Source of the DNA: an uncultured Gammaproteobacteria bacterium | GTDB lineage: Bacteria; Patescibacteriota; Microgenomatia; Levybacterales; UBA12049 | Assembly (NCBI GenBank): GCA_964507055.1 | Contig: CAZDOJ010000001.1 | Location: 1,105,313-1,169,312 of the forward strand | DNA length: 64,000 nt | Direction: 5' to 3' | In this document: piece after piece, positions 57,005-64,000 of the stretch | How the letters are laid out: each line of letters begins with the position of its first letter | Position numbering within the stretch: the first letter of the stretch is position 1 | Notes under the pieces: generated by a model | What the model was told of the DNA's origin: nothing | Seen by the model: the letters and a program-made list of their open reading frames with translations, nothing else | The model's database searches: none | Made by a program: the position numbers and the translations under genes

Positions 57005-59770
57005 ATGGCAACTGATACTAAAACTCGGGATAATACGAAGCAAGGGCTGATTGATCCACAAAAGCGAGAAAAGCAAGAACAAGATCATGAATATGATCAC
57101 CATAAAATAGCTGAAGCTGCTGGTAGTAGGATTCGACGGTTTAGCTTAACGCTTAAAGCCGGTCCAAATATTCACAACGAAGCAGTTAAGCTAGCAAAAG
57201 AAGTTGAACATAGTGTTGAGGCATTTGAAAAAATAGGAAAATCAGAAGATGCGATATTAGAAGAAGTTGAGAGAATAGTACTGAGGGCAGAACAGAGTCT
57301 TCAATCAGAAGCAAAGGCCGAAAAGAAAGCAGAGGAAAAGGAAAAGGAAAAAAAGGAAGAGGAAGAAAAAAAGCACCATGGAGAGCATGAAGAGCATGAT
57401 ACAAAGAGGCATGAACAAGAAAAACCTGCAAGTGCAAATAAATCGATAGAAGAAAAAAGTCAGGAAAAAGTTGAAGAACTCAAGGCAGAAATTGCAGCAG
57501 GGGTAGCGGGGACGGCTGTGGGAGCAACTGTCGCAGCATCTCTTCCTGAATTTACTCCAGAACGAGATCAGACACTAAAGACAGAACAAGATACACTTTT
57601 GGCTGGAGCTGAAAAAGCGAGAATAGCCGCATTACCCCCTGAAGAAAAAGCAAAATTACGACTAGAAGAAATCCGTAATGGAACGTATAAAAAACCCTCT
57701 ATAAACTCTGATATAAATTTCACACCAGATAAACCAGTAAGCGGTAAAATAATAGATCAACAGACAGTAACAAATTTCCCTCAAGGGGTACACGAGACTG
57801 CAGTAAAAGAGAGACTTGCAAAGTTACGAGAAGAAGCACGTACTCCACAAAAAAACGTGCGAAAAATGGGGAGAGCCGCTCCAGCAGAGCGAAAGAAAAT
57901 ACACATACAAACACCTGACAATGTACGAAAGAATATACCTCCACGCGGAATACAAATGAGAATTAATGCTCGAACCTCTCCCCCTTTAATCAGACCTTCA
58001 GGCTCAAGAAGACGAATGATGGGCGGAATGACAACAACGACAACAAGCGAGAGCTCTTTTCAAAGAGGTGAAGGAACTACCTATGAAGATGTCACGGAAT
58101 TCCGACTACGAAGACCTATGCCATCCCAAGTAACGTCTGAAACAGAAGAACGAGGCGGGACATACTCAAGCGGAGGAGGAAGTGGTAGTGGTGGCCAATC
58201 ATCAGGAGGTGGAAATAGTGGAGGAGGCAGTGGAGGATCTTCAGGTGGAGGACATGGACCACAGAGAGGTGGACTCGGAAATCCTGCACGAAATATTTTG
58301 CGCGGAGGACTTGGAGGAGGAAAAGGTATGGGAGGGCTGGCAAAAGGTGGCACTCAAGCATTTGCAAAACAAGGAGCAAAAGTCGCAGCACAAGCATTAT
58401 TGCGTAATCCATATGTTTTAGCCGCAATAGCCGTAATTCTCATTGTTATTATCATTATCTTGTTTATAATTTTCCTCGTGACAGGCCAGGAAGCAACAGA
58501 TAACGCTTGTACCGCTCCGCCTGAAACAATGACTGCAACGATAAATGGACCCGCAACCGCAAATGCTGGACAAGAATTAACATATGAAGTAAAGATAGCA
58601 GATACTGTTGCTGCCCAAGATGTTACTATTGTTGCAACAATTCCTCAAGGTCAAACATTTGTACGATCAGATTGGGCAAAAAGTGTCGTTACGGGAAGTA
58701 CTGTAACATGGAAAGCAACAGAAAATTTGCCTCCAAACAGTCTAAGTCCACCCAATTTTACATTTAATATCACTCTCAGTCCGGGAGCAGCAAATACAAA
58801 TTCTGTCCTTATGGTTGATGCTACACCAATAAGAACGACTGCAGTAGCACCGGGTGCAGGTGGAAACCAACAAGCGGGAAGACAAAAAAGCACAGAGGAA
58901 TTAAAAACTATTTATGGTGCAGATCAAGCAGCAGTTGAAGCAAATTTGGTAACAATAGACTTTCAAGGAAAACAAGTACAAGTAAATAAACTTGTGCAAG
59001 GTGTATTTGAAAAAGTTAATACTGAAATCACTGCGGCGAACACGGGTTATGCATTCAGACAAGTTGGTACATATTCATGGCGAACAAAAAATATTCCCGG
59101 ACAAAATTCTTCAGAACTATCTACACATAGTTTTGGAATTACCATAGATATTAACCCTGATACGAATCCATATACAACAGCAAACACTCATGATATCCCA
59201 CCTGAAATTGTGACGATATTTAAGAATAATGGATTCATCTGGGGTGGAGATTGGAGTCCACAACATGACTGGATGCACTTTGAATATGCCGGTGCTCCGA
59301 ATGCTGTTCCAGGATCAGGAGGCTCGGGAGGATGTACTCCTGGGGCTGGTGGTCCGATATCTGCAAATTATGTTCCACCAAGTGCTGATACCTGTGGTGG
59401 AAAGTACAAGTTGAATAGTTCGCTCAAGATGAACTTCGGAGATCCACAATGTAATTTCAATAAAGATGCGTTATATTCACAGCTAAAGGCAGAAGATCCA
59501 GCTAACGCAGATGTATGGTTCAACAAGATTATAAAATGTGAGAGTTCCTATAATCCAAATGCATATGCTGGTAATGCTGTTGATGCAGCCGGTGCATGGG
59601 GACTGTACCAAATGGGTAGTGCAACCCCTCCAGGATCCCCCCCTCCTGCTGAAGGAAAGAATGGGATAAACGACAGAGGAGATGTCCCTTGGGTTATACA
59701 AACAACGAATGCAACAACGTACGGGAAAAGAATTTCGAGTCTCGGTGCATATTGGGCATGTGCAAGGTAA
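57005..59770 (+). CDS. T4SS-associated multidomain cell-wall hydrolase (Lys/Glu-rich N-term, Gly-rich segment, TM, Ig-like repeat, M15 peptidase-like and lysozyme/SLT-like domains)
   Basis: 921 aa; TM 'LAAIAVILIVIIIILFIIFLV'; 'STHSFGITIDIN' and 'DWMHFEY' (M15 SxHxxGxAxD / HFE-like); 'CESSYNPNA...GAWGLYQM' lytic-transglycosylase-like. Confidence 0.5.
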   Translation: MATDTKTRDNTKQGLIDPQKREKQEQDHEYDHHKIAEAAGSRIRRFSLTLKAGPNIHNEAVKLAKEVEHSVEAFEKIGKSEDAILEEVERIVLRAEQSLQSEAKAEKKAEEKEKEKKEEEEKKHHGEHEEHDTKRHEQEKPASANKSIEEKSQEKVEELKAEIAAGVAGTAVGATVAASLPEFTPERDQTLKTEQDTLLAGAEKARIAALPPEEKAKLRLEEIRNGTYKKPSINSDINFTPDKPVSGKIIDQQTVTNFPQGVHETAVKERLAKLREEARTPQKNVRKMGRAAPAERKKIHIQTPDNVRKNIPPRGIQMRINARTSPPLIRPSGSRRRMMGGMTTTTTSESSFQRGEGTTYEDVTEFRLRRPMPSQVTSETEERGGTYSSGGGSGSGGQSSGGGNSGGGSGGSSGGGHGPQRGGLGNPARNILRGGLGGGKGMGGLAKGGTQAFAKQGAKVAAQALLRNPYVLAAIAVILIVIIIILFIIFLVTGQEATDNACTAPPETMTATINGPATANAGQELTYEVKIADTVAAQDVTIVATIPQGQTFVRSDWAKSVVTGSTVTWKATENLPPNSLSPPNFTFNITLSPGAANTNSVLMVDATPIRTTAVAPGAGGNQQAGRQKSTEELKTIYGADQAAVEANLVTIDFQGKQVQVNKLVQGVFEKVNTEITAANTGYAFRQVGTYSWRTKNIPGQNSSELSTHSFGITIDINPDTNPYTTANTHDIPPEIVTIFKNNGFIWGGDWSPQHDWMHFEYAGAPNAVPGSGGSGGCTPGAGGPISANYVPPSADTCGGKYKLNSSLKMNFGDPQCNFNKDALYSQLKAEDPANADVWFNKIIKCESSYNPNAYAGNAVDAAGAWGLYQMGSATPPGSPPPAEGKNGINDRGDVPWVIQTTNATTYGKRISSLGAYWACAR

Positions 59771-59800
59771 ATGTAGTACTATTAACGATATAATAAAAGC

Positions 59801-60370
59801 ATGAAAAGAAAAAAAGAAGACTATTTCGTAATCGGACTTGGTGTCACTCTTGTACTTATCATTTTTATGATTGCTTTTATTGTGTCAAAGGATACGAAGA
59901 CAGACAATGGAGAAACTGTAGGAATTCCAATTCCAACACCCACAGCAATCCCTAATTCTGACCCCCGACCAACGAATGAAGCATATAGTAACCCGCCTGT
60001 TCTTTACGATAGTGCTGCACAAGATAAGATTGTTGCATATGTAAAAGATAGACAGCCTCTCTCTGACACAGATAGACTTGCGAAAGCAAAGATGTTGGCA
60101 TTGCTTCCTGAAGCTCAAATGTCAGGCGTTATCCATGAAACTCAAAATATCCGCATTGACTACACGAAGTCTGCAGACGTTTTCCAAGTAGAAATTCTTA
60201 CGACAGACGTTCCAGCAGCAAAGAATGAAGCAAATATTTGGCTACGGACACGTGGCCTAAGCCAAGAAGCGATTTGCAAACTCCCTATCGGATTTTATTT
60301 GAACTATGATATTGCTAACGAACTAAGAGGAACAGGATATGTATTTAATCCTCAAGGAAATGGTTGTTAA
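59801..60370 (+). CDS. hypothetical membrane-anchored extracytoplasmic protein
   Basis: 189 aa; N-terminal TM; P/T-rich linker. Confidence 0.3.
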   Translation: MKRKKEDYFVIGLGVTLVLIIFMIAFIVSKDTKTDNGETVGIPIPTPTAIPNSDPRPTNEAYSNPPVLYDSAAQDKIVAYVKDRQPLSDTDRLAKAKMLALLPEAQMSGVIHETQNIRIDYTKSADVFQVEILTTDVPAAKNEANIWLRTRGLSQEAICKLPIGFYLNYDIANELRGTGYVFNPQGNGC

Positions 60371-60386
60371 TATTGGATAGGCTCAC

Positions 60387-61088
60387 TTGCACAAGTACAA
60401 TTATGCTTGCTATGATGGTTTTATGAATGAAGGATTCTTTTCAAATACAATTAATTTTCTAAAAAAGAACAAAGCTCTTGTTATTGCCGCTGCATTGATA
60501 ATACTCTTCATCTATATACTTATTCTTTCAATAACTAGAACGAGCCAAGGCCCACAAAATCCAACTTCTCCTTCTCCGACGAGAGGTGTTTCATCAGGTG
60601 GACCTGTGCCTACAGCATCAACCGTTGTTTCAATCTACGAACCAGAACAAACATGGCAACCGACTAAATTTTCAGAAGGAAATATTCAAAGCGTGTTAAT
60701 AGAGAAAACACAATTAAGCGATGGTTCAACAAAATATACTTATGAATCTGAAAATCCTCAACGGCCAAACGAGATCATTGTCAAAGATGGCATAGTAGTT
60801 TATCAGCGTACGTTGACACCAAATAAGTACATCTATAACTATACAAATACATTAGGTGCACCGGATTATGTTTTTGAAAGTTCAAAGTTTTATGGCCAAG
60901 GCACGATGATCTATGTCTATCTAAATCAAGGCACAGCTTTCGTTGCTGATGACAAAACTACTATTGTAAAAGAGCAGCTACTATTTAGACCGACTTCGTT
61001 TGATGAATTTAAAGCAAAATATGGAGACGATATTGCAGATTTTAGAGTCGTTCCGACACTTCCAGATGAAGATTTTGCTCGTCCTTAA
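60387..61088 (+). CDS. hypothetical membrane-anchored extracytoplasmic protein (paralog of 61726..62397)
   Basis: 233 aa; shares 'TKYTYESENPQRPNEIIVKDGIVVYQRT' block with 'TVYTFESLNPNRSDILIVKNGSIIFSRH' in the downstream paralog. Confidence 0.35.
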   Translation: MHKYNYACYDGFMNEGFFSNTINFLKKNKALVIAAALIILFIYILILSITRTSQGPQNPTSPSPTRGVSSGGPVPTASTVVSIYEPEQTWQPTKFSEGNIQSVLIEKTQLSDGSTKYTYESENPQRPNEIIVKDGIVVYQRTLTPNKYIYNYTNTLGAPDYVFESSKFYGQGTMIYVYLNQGTAFVADDKTTIVKEQLLFRPTSFDEFKAKYGDDIADFRVVPTLPDEDFARP

Positions 61089-61093
61089 ATTAT

Positions 61094-61723
61094 ATGATAT
61101 TTAGATCAATTTTTGCCATTTTAATGTCGTTTTGTCTCCTTCTTGTGTCTCCTTTAATCAGTATACAAACATATGCTGCGATTAAAGCGTGTTTCCTAAC
61201 AAAAATTGGACCAAATGCTCCAGCAGATTTTACAATGCCTGCAGCTTGTTCTGGAGATATTAACGGCGACGCAAAACAACTTGCACAACAAGTATTAAAT
61301 AATCCTAAAATTACTCTTTCTGCTCAGGCAAGACAAGATATACAAGCAACAATTGATGGCAAACAAATACAAAATGCTGATTCCTGCAATAATCCAGTTA
61401 GTTTAAGTCCAGCTTTATTGAAGTTAATGCTTCAAATTGCTCAAAATCACTCATACGATTTAAATTATATTGTTACACAGCATGGATGTGACACTGCTTT
61501 CCATCCAAAAGGCAGAGCTATGGATATTGGAAAAGCAGATGGTCAAAGCAGTTGGCAAAATACACAATTTCGCCAAGATGTAGCAAATCTTTTACCCGCG
61601 GGTGGAGGATTAGGTCAACAAGGCTGTCCAGTTAGTGTAGGTGTCACTGGAAAGAACTCTATTCGACAATTTGCAGATAGTTGTAATCATCAACACGTCG
61701 ATGTGGGAGCTGACGCACAATAA
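61094..61723 (+). CDS. secreted peptidase M15-like (VanY/L,D-carboxypeptidase-like) protein
   Basis: signal peptide; 'AFHPKGRAMDIG' fits SxHxxGxAxD zinc-binding motif, 'CNHQHVDVG' possible third His. Confidence 0.4.
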   Translation: MIFRSIFAILMSFCLLLVSPLISIQTYAAIKACFLTKIGPNAPADFTMPAACSGDINGDAKQLAQQVLNNPKITLSAQARQDIQATIDGKQIQNADSCNNPVSLSPALLKLMLQIAQNHSYDLNYIVTQHGCDTAFHPKGRAMDIGKADGQSSWQNTQFRQDVANLLPAGGGLGQQGCPVSVGVTGKNSIRQFADSCNHQHVDVGADAQ

Positions 61724-61725
61724 CA

Positions 61726-62397
61726 ATGAACGGACTTAGAAATTCACCAAATGCATTCGTCGAAATTCTTAAAGGAAATTTCACATATGTTGTAATCGTA
61801 GTCGTTCTTTTCGTCCTACTTGGAATTATTGCTCTGTTTAATTCTTTCTCTACTGAAAAATTAAATACTGATAGGACTGAACGACCTGTCGAAGTGAACC
61901 AAACTCCGAATTCAAATTCTACTATAAGAACTCCGTCACGAAGAGCAACACCGACAAAAGCTGAAGAAACCAGTACAATTGATGATGAAAAGACTGCTGT
62001 CGAATCGGGAACTGTCGAATTTTCAGATCTCAGCGAAATAGCACATGAAGCACAAAAAGAAGTTCGTAGTGATGGAACGACCGTTTACACATTTGAGTCA
62101 TTAAATCCAAATAGATCTGACATTCTCATTGTCAAAAATGGCTCGATTATCTTTTCAAGACATGCTGTTATTGGACCGGGAACAAGTAACAAGTATAAAA
62201 ACCTTCTAAACCAACAAGCCAAAATAATTCCAGGCCCAACCTTTTATGGCACAAATACCTCAATTTATTTTTACGAGACAGGTGGGACTGCTCTTATTGT
62301 TGATCCCCAAACAGATACTACTTATGAAGAATTTACATTTCAGCCGCCTATATCGCTCGAAGCTTTTAACAGTAGTTACAAGATATACACAAAATAA
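61726..62397 (+). CDS. hypothetical membrane-anchored extracytoplasmic protein (paralog of 60387..61088)
   Basis: 223 aa, N-terminal TM, conserved block shared with 60387..61088. Confidence 0.35.
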   Translation: MNGLRNSPNAFVEILKGNFTYVVIVVVLFVLLGIIALFNSFSTEKLNTDRTERPVEVNQTPNSNSTIRTPSRRATPTKAEETSTIDDEKTAVESGTVEFSDLSEIAHEAQKEVRSDGTTVYTFESLNPNRSDILIVKNGSIIFSRHAVIGPGTSNKYKNLLNQQAKIIPGPTFYGTNTSIYFYETGGTALIVDPQTDTTYEEFTFQPPISLEAFNSSYKIYTK

Positions 62398-62404
62398 TTA
62401 TTGA

Positions 62405-63514
62405 TTAGCCTTGTACTCTAATCGGCATGATCATATGAAGATACGATTCATCGCCCTGAACCTTGAAGACTCCTGGATTAAGAGGACCAATCATGTCAAA
62501 TGCTAAATCTTTTTCTTCAACATTTGACAGAACATCAAGTAAATATCTTGCGTTAAAAGCAATTTCATTTTCTTCTCCACTCAACTTTGCATCAACCCTC
62601 ACAGTATTCTCTCCAATTGCCGAAGAACCAGAGGAGACAGTAATGTGATCAGATGAAAGTGCGAGCTTAATAATATTTGCGGAATCACGAGCAAAGACCG
62701 AACAAATCTTAACTGCTTTTAATAATTCATCTTTGTCGAACGATACACTTACTGAAAAATCTGATGGAATAATCTTTTCAAAGTTAGGAAACTCGGCTTC
62801 AATTAAACGTCCAATAAGAATTGTATCTTCTTGTTCGAAAATAACTTGATTATTCTGCTGTGAGACGTACATGCTTATATTCTTCGTATCATCCTTCAAT
62901 GAAAGTAATTCTCTAAATACACGAGCGGGAATAATAAATGATGAAGATTCAGATGCTTTATTTTCACTCGATTTATAGTGTCGTAGTGATAATCTATAAC
63001 CATCAGTCGAAACAAGAAGAAAGCCTTCAGCTTCTTTCCGAACCAATACACCTGATAACGCTGGACGTGTCGTGTCTGGACTTGCAGCAAAAACAACAGA
63101 TGAAAATTCCTTCTTAATATCTTTACCAGATAAAGTTGCCAAGAGTTCTCCTCGTTCTTCATAAAGCTTAGGGAATTCTTCGCTACTAATTGTTTGAAAT
63201 GTACTTTTCGTCCGTTTTGTTTGTACTTGAAGCGTATTCTCTTCTGATGTTAATGTTAGGACTTCATCTGTTAAAGAATTTATAAGTTCCGTAAAAAGCT
63301 TTGCTGGTACTGTAGTTTTACCTTCTTCATCTATCTTTGCAGGACAATATGCTTCTATACCAATTTCTAAGTCAGTCGTACTTAACTTTACTTTATCGTC
63401 CTTTGCTTCAATAAGAATGTTCTGCAATACGGGCAATTGAGTTTTAGAAGAAACGGCTTTATTAAGAAACGAAAGTTTATTTTGAAGGTTAGGGGTCAAT
63501 ATCTGTACTTTCAT
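62405..63514 (-). CDS. dnaN: DNA polymerase III beta sliding clamp
   Basis: 369 aa; 'MKVQILTPNLQNKLSFLNKAVSSKTQLPVLQNILIEAKDDKVKLSTTDLEIGIE' typical DnaN N-terminus; three-domain length. Confidence 0.9.
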   Translation of the reverse strand: MKVQILTPNLQNKLSFLNKAVSSKTQLPVLQNILIEAKDDKVKLSTTDLEIGIEAYCPAKIDEEGKTTVPAKLFTELINSLTDEVLTLTSEENTLQVQTKRTKSTFQTISSEEFPKLYEERGELLATLSGKDIKKEFSSVVFAASPDTTRPALSGVLVRKEAEGFLLVSTDGYRLSLRHYKSSENKASESSSFIIPARVFRELLSLKDDTKNISMYVSQQNNQVIFEQEDTILIGRLIEAEFPNFEKIIPSDFSVSVSFDKDELLKAVKICSVFARDSANIIKLALSSDHITVSSGSSAIGENTVRVDAKLSGEENEIAFNARYLLDVLSNVEEKDLAFDMIGPLNPGVFKVQGDESYLHMIMPIRVQG

Positions 63515-63733
63515 ATATATCTATTTGTTGTTGTAGTAGTGTATATGGAAATGTGGAAAAAAGCAAGCGGTATCAAGCTTATAAGAAGCGAATCTCAGTT
63601 ACAAGAACACGTTTCTTAGTGCAAATAATATTATGAAATCAAGGGTGAATAAACCACATATAAATGTGGACAACTTGTTGATGAAATTGGGGGTAAAATG
63701 TGGGTAAACTATCTTTCAAAAGTATTCCCCAAG
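63515..63733. promoter_or_regulatory. dnaA-dnaN intergenic region with DnaA-box-like 9-mers (candidate oriC segment)
   Basis: TGTGGAAAA (63552-63560), TGTGGACAA (63665-63673), TGTGGGTAA (63699-63707), each 1 mismatch from TGTGGATAA, same orientation; AT-rich stretch 63620-63645. Confidence 0.45.
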
Positions 63734-64000
63734 TTATCCCCGTAAAGATTTTGTTATACCCATGATATCCTCAGTAACCTGAGCCTTGTTTTCCACAAGC
63801 TTTTCTATCTTTTCCACACCGTGAATAATTGTCGTATGATCACGTCCACCCAATAAATTACCTATTTCTACAAGTGTTAGCTTCAATTCTTTATGAATTA
63901 GGTACATTGTGACTTGTCTTGCTTTCACTAGGGCTGCATTTCTTTTTGGTCCTTTCAGTTGTGTCTGTTTAATTTTGTAATAATCGCAGACAATATCGAT
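63734..64000 (-). CDS. dnaA: chromosomal replication initiator DnaA (C-terminal part; gene continues beyond window end)
   Basis: 'KARQVTMYLIHKELKLTLVEIGNLLGGRDHTTIIHGVEKIEK' = DnaA domain IV DNA-binding signature; reading frame open to position 64000. Confidence 0.9.
   Translation of the reverse strand: MDIVCDYYKIKQTQLKGPKRNAALVKARQVTMYLIHKELKLTLVEIGNLLGGRDHTTIIHGVEKIEKLVENKAQVTEDIMGITKSLRG

Noticed and set aside
57330-57375. GGAAAAGGAAAAGGAAAAAAAGGAAGAGGAAGAAAAAAAG purine-rich tandem repeat
   Set aside because: It is in-frame inside the 921-aa ORF and encodes the K/E-rich low-complexity region. It is not a CRISPR or regulatory repeat.
58180-58340. GGAGG/GGTGG-rich repetitive DNA
   Set aside because: It encodes a Gly/Ser-rich linker of the 921-aa protein. 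There are no spacers or regular periodicity, so it is not a CRISPR array.
1-64000. Alternative genetic code (UGA as Gly, code 25) as seen in some CPR lineages
   Set aside because: Standard-code translation yields long intact ORFs for nrdJ, PBP1A, VirB4 and others, with proper stops. The tmRNA in-frame analysis also uses UGA as a stop. There is no evidence of UGA recoding.
1-64000. IS elements, integrases, recombinases or CRISPR arrays
   Set aside because: No transposase, integrase, or repeat-spacer architecture is recognisable in any frame. Mobility of the T4SS-like block is therefore only suggested by its tRNA-adjacent position.

Overview
This 64 kb window is dense, low-GC, single-copy bacterial chromosome. 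Its gene content looks like a reduced-genome uncultivated lineage such as CPR/Patescibacteria, but that is an inference, not something demonstrated. The window ends at the dnaN/dnaA replication-origin region.

Recognisable housekeeping genes include an ABC-2 exporter pair, msrA, a MutY/Nth-like glycosylase, trpS, an RsmB-like methyltransferase, GAPDH, glutamate dehydrogenase, CorA, PBP1A, rpe, rpiB, smpB with a tmRNA, comF, nrdR, and a class II (B12-dependent) ribonucleotide reductase. There is also a cluster of five tRNA-Ser genes plus one tRNA-Arg.

Two regions stand out.

(1) A minus-strand operon reads nrdR - two unknown ORFs - nrdJ - [cobalamin riboswitch-like leader] - PduO-type B12 adenosyltransferase - [second cobalamin riboswitch-like leader] - an unknown 462-aa zinc-ribbon protein - a tightly coupled 45-aa zinc-ribbon protein. 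Both leaders carry the GGUGnAAnUCC and GCUGnGCCGCAACUGUA cores and end in hairpins that sequester the Shine-Dalgarno sequence. This places an uncharacterised gene pair under B12 control.

(2) A Gram-positive/CPR-style type IV secretion-like cluster lies directly downstream of a tRNA-Ser. It contains a VirB6-like polytopic protein, a 983-aa unknown protein, an ATPase-wHTH regulator, three paralogous VirB2/TrbC-like pilins, a VirB3-like protein, a VirB4 ATPase with a separately encoded N-terminal part, a multidomain peptidoglycan hydrolase, and paralogous secreted proteins. An FtsK/VirD4-like coupling ATPase is encoded about 35 kb away.

Smaller observations include two copper-handling clusters, a secreted coiled-coil metzincin, a tmRNA with a possibly very long tag frame ending in YALAA, a tRNA-Ser copy with an apparent ACU anticodon, and DnaA-box-like 9-mers between dnaA and dnaN. 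No CRISPR array, IS element or rRNA was seen. UGA does not appear to be recoded.
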